Positions 29,166 through 38,265 of a DNA stretch of 64,000 nt are shown one piece after another. Each line of letters opens with the position of its first letter. Positions within the stretch are counted from its first letter, which is position 1. The position numbers and the translations under genes were made by a program. Origin of the DNA: Candidatus Parcubacteria bacterium (GTDB taxonomy: Bacteria > Patescibacteriota > Minisyncoccia > Minisyncoccales > JAGLUP01). Where the stretch lies: positions 99,014 to 163,013 of the forward strand of contig JAGLUP010000003.1 of NCBI GenBank assembly GCA_023134715.1, read 5' to 3'. The notes below the pieces were generated by a model. The model had not been told where the DNA came from. It saw nothing but the letters and a program-made list of their open reading frames with translations, and ran no database searches.

Positions 29166-29967
29166 TTTACACAAAGATAAAAATCTGTCAGTGATAGTTC
29201 CTTTTTATAAGGAAGCAGGGCGTGTTAAAGAAAATATCGGGATGTTAGAAAAAGAATTAAGTCAATATTTTTCCAATTATGAAATTATTGCTGTGGCAGA
29301 TAATGGAAAAGATGAGACATATCAAAAAATTTTGGATTTAGAAAATGTTTATCCCAATCTTAAGGTATGCGAATATGGCTCTAATCAAGGCAAGGGTTTT
29401 GCTTTAAAATATGGCTTTGAAAAATCAAGAGGAGCTTATGTTATTTTTATTGACGGCGATTTAAATTTACATCCAAAAGATATTAAAGTATTTTTGGGGT
29501 TAATGGATATTTATGATATTGATATAGTCATTGGTTCTAAAAGACATCCTCAGTCAGAAATTTATTATCCTCTTTTGAGAAGGGTGTTAAGTAGGGGATA
29601 TCAGCTTTTAACAAGAGCATTTTTAGATGTGAATGTAAAAGATACCCAAGTAGGATTGAAATTATTTAAAAGGCAGGTATTAGAAGATTCCTTGCCCCGG
29701 GTTTTAGTTAAAAAATACGCTTTTGATTTAGAATTATTAACTGTTGCCAATCGTTTAGGGTATAAAAAAATTTTAGAAGCGCCCATAAAACTAAATTATT
29801 CTAATAGCGCTCAAGATGATAAGATTTTTTGGTTAAAAGATCTTATTCATATTTCAAAAGTTACCTGGCCTATGCTTGTGGATACTTTAGCTATTATTTA
29901 CCGTTTAAGAATTTTAAAACATTATGACAAAATACCAGCCAAGGGTTTCAATCATTATTCCAGTTAA
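29149..29967 (+). CDS. GT2 glycosyltransferase, dolichyl/undecaprenyl-phosphate sugar synthase-like (soluble form)
   Basis: LSVIVPFYKEAGRV... IIAVADNGKDETY ... VIFIDGDL (DxD). Confidence 0.65.
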   Translation: MSPIFDLHKDKNLSVIVPFYKEAGRVKENIGMLEKELSQYFSNYEIIAVADNGKDETYQKILDLENVYPNLKVCEYGSNQGKGFALKYGFEKSRGAYVIFIDGDLNLHPKDIKVFLGLMDIYDIDIVIGSKRHPQSEIYYPLLRRVLSRGYQLLTRAFLDVNVKDTQVGLKLFKRQVLEDSLPRVLVKKYAFDLELLTVANRLGYKKILEAPIKLNYSNSAQDDKIFWLKDLIHISKVTWPMLVDTLAIIYRLRILKHYDKIPAKGFNHYSS

Positions 29968-30904
29968 ACAAATTAATGATTATATCAGAGAATCAGTTTC
30001 TCATATTTTAAATTTAGATTATGAAAATTTTGAGATTTTGATTTTTCCTGATGTTGGGAGCAAAGAGAATTTTCCAAAAACAAAAATTATTCCCACAGGA
30101 GAGATAGGGCCGGCAGAAAAAAGGGATTTGGCTTTAAAATACGCTGATGGCGAAATTTTAGCTTTTTTAGACGATGACGCCTATCCTCGCCAGGATTGGC
30201 TTAAAAACGCGGTCGAACACTTTGAAAATCTAAATATAGCTGCGGTAGGAGGTCCTGCGGTAACCCCGGATAGTGATTCTTTCGGCCAAAAAGTTTCAGG
30301 CGCTGTTTTTTTAAGCAGATTATCAGGCGGCAACCCTGAAAGATATTGGCCAACAGGAGAAGCGAGAGAAGTTGATGATTGGCCATCAGTTAATTTATTA
30401 GTAAGAAAATCAGATTTTTCAGCTGTTAATGGTTTTGACTCCACTTATTGGCCTGGAGAAGATACAAAATTGTGTTTAGATTTAATAAAAAACCTGAATA
30501 AAAAAATTATTTATGACCCAGAGGTTTTTGTTTGGCATCACCGCCGTTCCGGCTTAATAAAACATTTAAAGCAGATAGGTAATTACGGCATTCATCGCGG
30601 TTTTTTTGCCAAAAAGTATCCAGAGAACTCGTTTAAATTAAAATATTTTATCCCATCTTTGTTTTTTATTTTCGTATCAATGGGATGGATTTTATTATTC
30701 CTGCCTTTTTCTTTTAAATTAATATATTTAAATATTTGGCTGTTTTATATTTTAGCTTTATTAATATCAATTTTTAGCATTTATTTTAAAATCAAAGATT
30801 TAAAAGTGAGCTTGGCAGTTATCCCATATATTTTTTTGACCCATATTTATTACGGTTTGAAATTTATTCATGGCTTTGTATTTACAAGAAATTTAAAAAG
30901 TTGA
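29924..30904 (+). CDS. GT2 glycosyltransferase with C-terminal multi-TM domain
   Basis: VSIIIPVKQINDYIRESV..LDYENFEILIF, LDDDAYP (DxD). Last ~90 aa are hydrophobic helices. Confidence 0.65.
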   Translation: MTKYQPRVSIIIPVKQINDYIRESVSHILNLDYENFEILIFPDVGSKENFPKTKIIPTGEIGPAEKRDLALKYADGEILAFLDDDAYPRQDWLKNAVEHFENLNIAAVGGPAVTPDSDSFGQKVSGAVFLSRLSGGNPERYWPTGEAREVDDWPSVNLLVRKSDFSAVNGFDSTYWPGEDTKLCLDLIKNLNKKIIYDPEVFVWHHRRSGLIKHLKQIGNYGIHRGFFAKKYPENSFKLKYFIPSLFFIFVSMGWILLFLPFSFKLIYLNIWLFYILALLISIFSIYFKIKDLKVSLAVIPYIFLTHIYYGLKFIHGFVFTRNLKS

Positions 30905-30909
30905 AAGTT

Positions 30910-30942
30910 AAAAAAGAACCGCTTCATTATAAAGAAGGGTTC
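30910..30942 (-). terminator. Intrinsic terminator for the minus-strand gene 30927..31739; its 5' arm overlaps the last codons
   Basis: On the minus transcript: GAACCCUUC-uuuauaau-GAAGCGGUUC (9 bp with a 1-nt bulge), followed by UUUUUU. Confidence 0.6.
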
Positions 30943-31739
30943 GTTACTAAATTTCGTACTGCCCGGAGCATTTTGCGGAGCCGGAAAATATTCCAACTTT
31001 TGGTTCTCAAGGTAGCTTCCACTAAATAGGGACCAGAGTAGCCAATATCGTCTATTATGTCCAGCATATTCTTTATTTCATTTTCTTCTCCTCGTAATAT
31101 TTTTTCCGCCTCATTATCTTTCATGTAAGGTTGAACATGGATAAGAGATGTGTAGGGCAGAAGCAAGGGAAGCGATTTTTGCCAGTGTCCGAGAAGCGAT
31201 TTCTTCTTTCCATTTTCCGATATCCAAAATTTTTCCCTAAGATGACAAAGATCTATTACCAGAGATTTTCTGTATTTTTGCGCAGTTTCTACAATTTCTT
31301 CTGGTGTCATTCCCAGTCCAGGAGAAACCTCCAACAACCTTCCTTCAGATAAATCTTTAAAAGAATGGCAAACAATCGTGGCCTGATATTGGGATAAAAT
31401 CCAGTGAAAAAGGCATTCCGCTTTTGCTATTCCTGGAAAAAATAACCAATCCCAGAGTTGAGGCACTAACTTTTCTTCTTTGGTCGGTTTCTTGAAGATT
31501 ATCGGAATTAAACTATCTACTGGATTCCATGCTTTCTCTGCGAAAAGAACAGGAAGCTCTGGTCTACTTAATCTTTTTATTTCCCTAAAAGGCAAAACGC
31601 CTAAAAAACAAAATCCATCTTCTTCGGCCCATCTTGCAGTTGTTTCCGGCCAGTAAGCCGACCATGGCAGGTAGGACGCAAGAGAAACTCCAATTTTTAC
31701 ATTTTTATCTTCACTCTTTCCATTTTTCATTCTTTCCAT
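30927..31739 (-). CDS. Hypothetical protein on the opposite strand, GC-richer than its neighbours (possibly a TIM-barrel sugar-phosphate isomerase/epimerase-like fold; unknown)
   Basis: 270-aa ORF with its own terminator and a divergent promoter region. W/P/E-rich composition unlike the neighbouring K/I/N-rich proteins. No diagnostic motif recognised. Confidence 0.35.
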   Translation of the reverse strand: MERMKNGKSEDKNVKIGVSLASYLPWSAYWPETTARWAEEDGFCFLGVLPFREIKRLSRPELPVLFAEKAWNPVDSLIPIIFKKPTKEEKLVPQLWDWLFFPGIAKAECLFHWILSQYQATIVCHSFKDLSEGRLLEVSPGLGMTPEEIVETAQKYRKSLVIDLCHLREKFWISENGKKKSLLGHWQKSLPLLLPYTSLIHVQPYMKDNEAEKILRGEENEIKNMLDIIDDIGYSGPYLVEATLRTKSWNIFRLRKMLRAVRNLVTNPSL

Positions 31740-31762
31740 CTTTTTCCCTCATTTTTTAAAAA

Positions 31763-31791
31763 TTGACAAAGAACTATTTTTTAATTAAAAT
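31763..31791 (+). promoter_or_regulatory. Sigma70-like promoter candidate for the downstream plus-strand operon
   Basis: TTGACA (31763-31768), 17-nt spacer, TAAAAT (31786-31791); start codon at 31869. AT-rich context, so specificity is low. Confidence 0.3.
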
Positions 31792-31835
31792 TAAACTGTT
31801 TAACAATTTAAATTTTAACACATTTTTTTAATTTT

Positions 31836-31853
31836 GTCAATTTTTTAATTGAC
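31836..31853. promoter_or_regulatory. Palindromic operator-like site GTCAATT-N4-AATTGAC, 16 nt upstream of the radical SAM start codon
   Basis: Perfect 7-bp inverted half-sites read from the sequence. A third AATTGAC copy at 31762-31768 overlaps the candidate -35. Confidence 0.3.
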
Positions 31854-31868
31854 TCTAATTTTTCATCT

Positions 31869-33326
31869 ATGCTTAAGGTTTCTATATCATATCCTCCGCT
31901 TGAGAGTAAAAAAGGTATTCCTTTATTAGCGCAGAATCGGCAATTTCAGTGGTTTAATTCTCCAACATATATTTATCCAATGGTTCCCGCTTACGCGGCT
32001 TCTTTGCTTAAAGAAAATAACTATGATGTGTTCTGGGATGATGCCATTGCCGAAAAATTAACTTATCAGCAGTGGAAACAAAGATTAATAAAAGAAAAAC
32101 CAGGTTTGATTGCCATAGAAACAAAAACACCAGTGGTTAAAAAACATTGGCAGATAATTAATGAGTTGAAAGTTGAAAATCCAAACCTAAAAATTGTTTT
32201 AATGGGTGACCATGTTACTGCTTTGCCGGAAGAATCATTAAAAAACAGCAGAGTTGATTATGTTTTGACTGGCGGGGATTATGATTTTATGCTGTTAAAC
32301 TTAGCCAATCATTTAACAAAGAGTGAAGCTCTTGAGCAGGGTTGGTATTTTCGAGACGAAAATAACGAAATAAAAAATACAGGACATTTTCAATTAAATC
32401 ATAATTTAGACGATTTGCCCTTTATTGACAGAGAATTGACCAAATGGAAGCTATACGCTTATGACAATGGCGATTTTAAATATTTACCGGGAAGCTATTT
32501 AATGTCTGGTCGCGATTGTTGGTGGGCAAAATGCAGTTTTTGTTCTTGGACTACTTTGTTTCCTGAAAAACATTATAGAGCTCGTTCGGCCCAAAAAGCG
32601 TTAGATGAGGTAGAGATATTGATTAATTTAGGAGTAAAAGAAATTATGGAGGATTCCGGCACTTTGCCGATTGGAGATTGGTTAAAAGAATTTTGTCAAG
32701 GAATGATTGATAGAGGATATAATAAAAAAATTGCGCTTAGCTGTAATATGCGGATTAACGGCATCAAAGATTTAGAAACCTGGAAATTGATGAAAAAAGC
32801 AGGATTTAGAATGATATTATTCGGATTGGAATCAATCAATCAAGGGACATTAGATAGAATTAATAAAGGTTTAGGAGTAGAAGAAATAGAACCTTGTTTG
32901 AGAATGTGCAAGCAAGCTGGATTAGAGCCGCATATTACCACAATGATGGGCTTTCCATGGGAGACAAAAGCAGACGCCCAAGCAACAATTAATTTAGCCA
33001 AAAGATTATTTAAAAAGGGTTATGTGGATACTTTGCAAGCAACTATAATTATTCCATATCCGGAAACTCCTCTTTACAAGTATTGCAAAGAGAATGATTT
33101 ATTAAGATTTGATGATTATGACAGATTTGACCAAAGAGAGCAGGTTATGAAAAGCGAGCTTACAACTGAAGATGTAAAAGAATTGACTCAAAGTTTATAT
33201 AAATCTTTTATCAGTCCTCAATTTATCGCAAGGAAAATAATAAGCATACGCAATTTGGATGATATTAAATTTTTATTCAGGGCTGGAATAAAACTATTGG
33301 GCCATTTAACAGATTTTGGAAAATGA
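31869..33326 (+). CDS. B12-binding-domain radical SAM enzyme, third and more divergent member, with a non-canonical CX4CX2C cluster motif
   Basis: N-terminal B12-binding-like domain (IAIETKTP, KIVLMGDHV, LTGGDYD). Cys motif GRDCWWAKCSFCSW at nt 32517-32543 is C-x4-C-x2-C. C-terminal radical SAM barrel (ILFGLESINQ). Confidence 0.65.
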   Translation: MLKVSISYPPLESKKGIPLLAQNRQFQWFNSPTYIYPMVPAYAASLLKENNYDVFWDDAIAEKLTYQQWKQRLIKEKPGLIAIETKTPVVKKHWQIINELKVENPNLKIVLMGDHVTALPEESLKNSRVDYVLTGGDYDFMLLNLANHLTKSEALEQGWYFRDENNEIKNTGHFQLNHNLDDLPFIDRELTKWKLYAYDNGDFKYLPGSYLMSGRDCWWAKCSFCSWTTLFPEKHYRARSAQKALDEVEILINLGVKEIMEDSGTLPIGDWLKEFCQGMIDRGYNKKIALSCNMRINGIKDLETWKLMKKAGFRMILFGLESINQGTLDRINKGLGVEEIEPCLRMCKQAGLEPHITTMMGFPWETKADAQATINLAKRLFKKGYVDTLQATIIIPYPETPLYKYCKENDLLRFDDYDRFDQREQVMKSELTTEDVKELTQSLYKSFISPQFIARKIISIRNLDDIKFLFRAGIKLLGHLTDFGK

Positions 33327-33443
33327 GTTAAAACTTTCAACTTTATAAACTTTGTAATTTTGTTGTTTTTGTGATAAGATAGAGATAATCGTAGTGGATG
33401 ATAATTTTATTGACAAGACCAAAGAAATTGCAAAAATTGAGTT

Positions 33444-33824
33444 ATGGAAAATAAAAAATTTTATATTGGTAGTTATCAAAAAAATGCTAAAAAACGTCGA
33501 GGTTGGATTGTCGGTCATTTTATGAGCGGACTCTGTAAAACCGATCGGGTAGAGATTAAGTATTGGAGATTTAAAAAAGGAGAGGTGGTAAAAAAGGAAT
33601 ATAAAACTCAATGTTGTTCTGTTGAAGTTACTATTATATTGCAAGGAAAGATAGATGGAGAAGTTGATGGTCGGGAGATTAATCTTAAAGCGGGTGAATA
33701 TATTATTATACCTCCTGGCGTAGCAAATGCCTTTCCAGTGAATGTTTATGAAGATGTTGAAGGGTTGACCATTAAATCTCCGAGTATCCCGGAAGATAAA
33801 ATAATATCTTTGAGTATTCATTGA
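33444..33824 (+). CDS. Cupin-fold protein (possible sugar-nucleotide ketoisomerase/epimerase-like)
   Basis: 126 aa; GEYIIIPPGVANAF cupin motif 2. Confidence 0.35.
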   Translation: MENKKFYIGSYQKNAKKRRGWIVGHFMSGLCKTDRVEIKYWRFKKGEVVKKEYKTQCCSVEVTIILQGKIDGEVDGREINLKAGEYIIIPPGVANAFPVNVYEDVEGLTIKSPSIPEDKIISLSIH

Positions 33825-33830
33825 CATTAT

Positions 33831-34307
33831 TTGTCAAATTACTTATATATTAGAAATATGATAAACGGTGTTTTGATACTACCATTAAAACAAATACCCG
33901 ATGAGCGGGGAAAGATAATGCTTATGTTAAAAGCCAACGACCCGTATTTTGAGAAATTCGGGCAGGTTTATTTTTCCTTTGTTTATCCCAATGTAATTAA
34001 AGGTTGGCATCTTCATAAGAAAATGACTTTAAATTATGCTGTTATTAGTGGAATGATTAAATTGGTTCTTTATGACCAGAGAAAGGAATCGTCCACCAAG
34101 GGAGAGCTGATAGAGCTTTTTATAGGGGAGGATAATTATGTTTTGGTTCAGATACCACCTGGCATAGTCAATGGGTTTAAGGGTATCGGCGTTAAACCAT
34201 CAATTGTGGTTAATTGTCCTACTATGGACTATGATACTGATGAAATAATTAGAATTGATCCTTTTGAAAATGACATTCCTTATAATTGGAAATTAAAACA
34301 TTGTTGA
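33831..34307 (+). CDS. RmlC-like cupin: dTDP-4-dehydrorhamnose 3,5-epimerase or related 3,4-ketoisomerase
   Basis: PDERGKIM (RmlC DERG motif), GWHLHKK; 158 aa, located within the rml gene set. Confidence 0.5.
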   Translation: MSNYLYIRNMINGVLILPLKQIPDERGKIMLMLKANDPYFEKFGQVYFSFVYPNVIKGWHLHKKMTLNYAVISGMIKLVLYDQRKESSTKGELIELFIGEDNYVLVQIPPGIVNGFKGIGVKPSIVVNCPTMDYDTDEIIRIDPFENDIPYNWKLKHC

Positions 34308-35191
34308 ATAAAATGAATATTTTAATCATCGGCAGCGCCGGACAAGTGGGAGGGGCTTTGGCGGATATTTTGAAGAGAAATAAAAATTTTAAAGTTATAG
34401 CTGCTGATAAGGTAATTTCAAAAGGTAGGGTTTTTTTAGATATTACGGACAGAAAACAAGCGCTTCGCTTTATTGATAAAGTCAAGCCCTCGGTTATAAT
34501 TCTGCCTGCGGCCATCACTAATGTTGATTTTTGCGAAGATCAACAAAGAGTTGCCTACAAAGTAAATGTTAAAGGGGTGAAAAACATAGTTCAGGCGGCT
34601 AAAAAAAATTTAAGCAAGTTTATTTATATTTCCACAGCATATGTTTTTAATGGTAGAAAGGGAAATTACAAAGAAAATGATAAACCTTGTCCGATTAACT
34701 ACTATGCCCAAACCAAGTTGGAAGCAGAAAGGATTGTCCAGAATGAACTTAACGACTACCTAATAATAAGAACAAACTGGGTTTTTGACTTGGGTTACGA
34801 TCAAAAAAATTTTATAGTTCGACTTCTTAATGCTTTGAAGAACGAAGAATTAGTAAAGGTGCCTAATGATCAATACGGGAATCCCACTTTAGCTAGAAAT
34901 ATTGCGTGGGCTACGGAGGAATTAATTAAGAAAAACAAAAAAGGTATTTATCATATTGTCGGACGGGACAAGATGAGCAAATATCAGTGGGCTTTGAAAA
35001 CGGCAAGATATTTTAATTTAGATCCTAGATTAGTTACCCCTGTTTCAACTAATAACCTGAAGCAAAGAGCTATGCGGCCGAAAAAAGATGACTTAAATAT
35101 TTATAAAGCCCAGAAAGAGCTTAAGACAAAGATGTTTTCGCTTAACGAATCCTTGAATTTTTTTAAGGCCCGAAATAGAAAAATTTACTAA
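34286..35191 (+). CDS. rmlD: dTDP-4-dehydrorhamnose reductase
   Basis: MNILIIGSAGQVGGAL, LDITD, PSVIILPAAITNVDFCEDQ, YISTAYVFNG, YAQTKLEAE, IIRTNWVF. Strong RmlD-family pattern. Confidence 0.75.
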   Translation: MEIKTLLNKMNILIIGSAGQVGGALADILKRNKNFKVIAADKVISKGRVFLDITDRKQALRFIDKVKPSVIILPAAITNVDFCEDQQRVAYKVNVKGVKNIVQAAKKNLSKFIYISTAYVFNGRKGNYKENDKPCPINYYAQTKLEAERIVQNELNDYLIIRTNWVFDLGYDQKNFIVRLLNALKNEELVKVPNDQYGNPTLARNIAWATEELIKKNKKGIYHIVGRDKMSKYQWALKTARYFNLDPRLVTPVSTNNLKQRAMRPKKDDLNIYKAQKELKTKMFSLNESLNFFKARNRKIY

Positions 35192-35193
35192 AA

Positions 35194-36513
35194 ATGACCC
35201 AAGAACAATTAAAAAAAGAAATTTTTTGGAAGGTTCAAAAATATCATAAAATAGTATCCAAGAGAAAAACTTTTATTCCCGGCAAGAATTTTATCCCAGC
35301 TTCTGGCGCGGTTTTTAATGAAAAAGAGATGATTTCTCTAGTAAACGTGGCTTTAGATCGCTGGTTTACCGAAGGAAAATTTGCTAAGAAATTTGAGCAG
35401 AAATTTTCAAAATTTCTAAACGTACCCCACACTATTTTAACAAATTCTGGTTCTTCGGCTAATTTGTTGGCTTTTTCAGCCCTTTTTTCACCGCAATTGG
35501 GCGAGAAAAGGATAAGGCAGGGCGATGAGGTAATAACAGTTGCTGCAGCTTTTCCTACTACAATAAATCCTATAATTCAGAATGGATGCATTCCAGTATT
35601 TTTAGATATTGATTTAGAAACTTTGAATGTTGATTTATCGAAAATTGAAAAAGCAATAACTAAAAAAACTAAAGTTATTTTTTTAGCTCATAATTTGGGC
35701 AATCCTTTTGACCTAAAAACTGTAATAAGGATTGCTAAAAAATATAATTTGTTTGTTATTGAAGATGCTTGCGATGCTCTTGGATCAACTTATGATCATC
35801 AGTTAGTCGGTACTTTTGGTGATATTAGTACATTTAGTTTTTATCCTGCTCATCATATTACTATGGGAGAGGGAGGAGCTTTGATTACTAGAAATTCCCA
35901 ATTAAACCGAATTATCAGGTCTTTAAAAGATTGGGGTCGACATTGTTGGTGTCCTACGGGAAAAGATAATACTTGTAATAGAAGATTTAAGTGGCAACTT
36001 GGTAAATTGCCCTATGGATATGATCATAAATATACCTATTCTCATATAGGATATAATTTAAAATTAACTGATATGCAGGCTGCTATTGGAGTTTCCCAGA
36101 TGGGTAAATTGAGATATTTCATCAAAAGAAGAAAAGAGAATTTTAATTATTTATATAATAAATTAAAAGAATTTGAAAAATATTTTATTTTCTCAAAAGC
36201 CACCAAAAATAGTAATCCAAGTTGGTTCGGTTTTGCATTTACCATCAAAGATCCAAAAAAAATAAATAGAAGAAGATTTATGGAATACTTAAATTCAAAG
36301 GGAATCGGGACAAGATTATTGTTTGGAGGAAATATTACCAAACAGCCATACTTTATTGATTACAAAATCAGATATAGACAGATAGGCAATTTAGAAAATA
36401 CAGACAAGGTTATGAATAGTACTTTTTGGATAGGGTTATATCCTGGTCTTAATAAACAACATTTTGATTACATATCGGGTGTATTTAAGGATTTTTTGTC
36501 TCAAATAAAATAA
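35194..36513 (+). CDS. ddhC: PMP-dependent CDP-4-keto-6-deoxy-D-glucose 3-dehydrase (E1; DdhC/AscC/RfbH type) with a [2Fe-2S] cysteine motif
   Basis: DegT fold in which the Schiff-base Lys is replaced by His (FYPAHHITMGEGG). Cys spacing C-x57-C-x1-C-x7-C (DAC ... HCWCPTGKDNTC) is as described for E1 3-dehydrases. Confidence 0.7.
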   Translation: MTQEQLKKEIFWKVQKYHKIVSKRKTFIPGKNFIPASGAVFNEKEMISLVNVALDRWFTEGKFAKKFEQKFSKFLNVPHTILTNSGSSANLLAFSALFSPQLGEKRIRQGDEVITVAAAFPTTINPIIQNGCIPVFLDIDLETLNVDLSKIEKAITKKTKVIFLAHNLGNPFDLKTVIRIAKKYNLFVIEDACDALGSTYDHQLVGTFGDISTFSFYPAHHITMGEGGALITRNSQLNRIIRSLKDWGRHCWCPTGKDNTCNRRFKWQLGKLPYGYDHKYTYSHIGYNLKLTDMQAAIGVSQMGKLRYFIKRRKENFNYLYNKLKEFEKYFIFSKATKNSNPSWFGFAFTIKDPKKINRRRFMEYLNSKGIGTRLLFGGNITKQPYFIDYKIRYRQIGNLENTDKVMNSTFWIGLYPGLNKQHFDYISGVFKDFLSQIK

Positions 36514-36514
36514 T

Positions 36515-37519
36515 ATGAAGCTTTTAATTACTGGCGGGGCCGGTTTTATCGGTTCTAATTTTATCCGCTATATTTTAAATAAATATTCAGATTATTGGAT
36601 TATTAATTTTGATATTGTTAGCTATTGCGCTAATTTTGAAAACTTAAAAGATATTGAAAAGAATCCAAGATATAAATTTATCAAAGGAGATATTTGCGAT
36701 GAAAAATTAGTTAATAAAATTTTTCAAAAAGAAAAACCTGATTTTGTGGTAAATTTTGCCGCAGAAAGTCATGTAGACCGTTCAATTTTAGAGCCGAAGA
36801 AGTTCACAAGGACAAATATTTTAGGAACCCATACCTTGCTTGAAACAGCTAGAAAATATGGCGTTAAAAAATTTGAGCATATTTCAACAGATGAAGTATA
36901 CGGAACTATTAAAAAAGAAGAATTTAAAGAAACAGATGTTTTGTTGCCAAACAGCCCTTATGCCGTTTCAAAGGCAGGCGCGGATTTATTGGCAAGGGCA
37001 TATTATAAAACCTTTGGACTGCCTGTTCTAATCACTCGTTCTTCAAATAATTTTGGTCCATATCAATTTCCAGAAAAGCTAATCTCCCTTTTCATAACCA
37101 ATCTTTTGGAAAACAAAAAAGTTCCTTTGTATGGAAAAGGATTAAATATTCGCGACTGGATTTATGTTTTGGACAATTGTTCTGGAATTGACACTGTTCT
37201 GCACAAAGGAGAGATTGGCGAGATTTATAATATAGGCGGAGGAAACGAGTTCACAAATTTAGAAATTGCGAAATTTATTTTAAAAGAATTGAGTAAGGAC
37301 GAGTCATTTATTGAATATATCAAAGACAGACCGGGACATGATTTTCGTTATGCTCTTGATACGAGAAAAATTAAAAAACTTGGCTGGAAACCAGAACATA
37401 AATTTGGAGAAGCAATTAGAAAAACCGCAAAGTGGTATAAAGAAAATGCAAGCTGGTGGGAAAAAATAAAATCAGGAGAATATCTTAAATATTATAAAAA
37501 ACAATACAAAAATCTATGA
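36515..37519 (+). CDS. rmlB: dTDP-glucose 4,6-dehydratase
   Basis: [35 protein letters not shown] (YxxxK), RDWIYVLDN; 334 aa. Confidence 0.8.
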   Translation: MKLLITGGAGFIGSNFIRYILNKYSDYWIINFDIVSYCANFENLKDIEKNPRYKFIKGDICDEKLVNKIFQKEKPDFVVNFAAESHVDRSILEPKKFTRTNILGTHTLLETARKYGVKKFEHISTDEVYGTIKKEEFKETDVLLPNSPYAVSKAGADLLARAYYKTFGLPVLITRSSNNFGPYQFPEKLISLFITNLLENKKVPLYGKGLNIRDWIYVLDNCSGIDTVLHKGEIGEIYNIGGGNEFTNLEIAKFILKELSKDESFIEYIKDRPGHDFRYALDTRKIKKLGWKPEHKFGEAIRKTAKWYKENASWWEKIKSGEYLKYYKKQYKNL

Positions 37520-38244
37520 AAGGAATAATTTTAGCGGGCGGCAAAGGGACACGACTTTCCCCCTGTACTCGCATTACAAACAAACATCTACTTCCGGTTT
37601 ACAATAAACCGATGATTTATTATCCATTGGAGACATTGGTTTCAGCCGGAATAGAGGAAATTCTTTTGGTAACTGGAGGAAATAGCGCCGGCGATTTTTT
37701 AAAACTTTTAAGGAATGGAAAAGAATTTGGATTAAAAGAAATTCATTATACTTACCAGGAAGGAGCAGGAGGAATTGCGGAGGCGTTAGGATTAGCTGAA
37801 GATTTTGCCGATGAGGAAAAAATCGTGGTTATATTAGGTGATAATATTATAGAAGATAATATAGAAAAATATGTCGAAGATTTTAAAAAACAAGAGAAAG
37901 GAGCAAAAATATTTTTAAAAGAAATTCCAGATCCAGAACGTTTTGGAGTAGCAGAAATAAAAGATGGAAAAATCATTGGTATTGAAGAAAAGCCAAAGCA
38001 TCCAAAATCTAACTTTATCACAGCTGGGCTTTATATGTATGACAATCAAGTTTTTGATATGATTAAAAAATTAGAACCTTCTGAAAGAGGAGAATTAGAA
38101 ATTACTGATGTTAATAATTTTTATATAAATCAAGACACAGCGACTTATGAAATTTTAAAAGGATTTTGGAGTGATGCTGGTAAATTTGAATCATTATTTA
38201 AAGCATCAGAATTTATTAAAAAAAGAAACAAAGAAACTTTATAA
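37516..38244 (+). CDS. rmlA: Glucose-1-phosphate thymidylyltransferase (short form)
   Basis: MKGIILAGGKGTRLSPCTRITNKHLLPVYNKPMIYYPLE is the canonical RmlA N-terminus; 242 aa. Confidence 0.75.
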   Translation: MKGIILAGGKGTRLSPCTRITNKHLLPVYNKPMIYYPLETLVSAGIEEILLVTGGNSAGDFLKLLRNGKEFGLKEIHYTYQEGAGGIAEALGLAEDFADEEKIVVILGDNIIEDNIEKYVEDFKKQEKGAKIFLKEIPDPERFGVAEIKDGKIIGIEEKPKHPKSNFITAGLYMYDNQVFDMIKKLEPSERGELEITDVNNFYINQDTATYEILKGFWSDAGKFESLFKASEFIKKRNKETL

Positions 38245-38265
38245 ACTTTCTGACATTATAACTTT

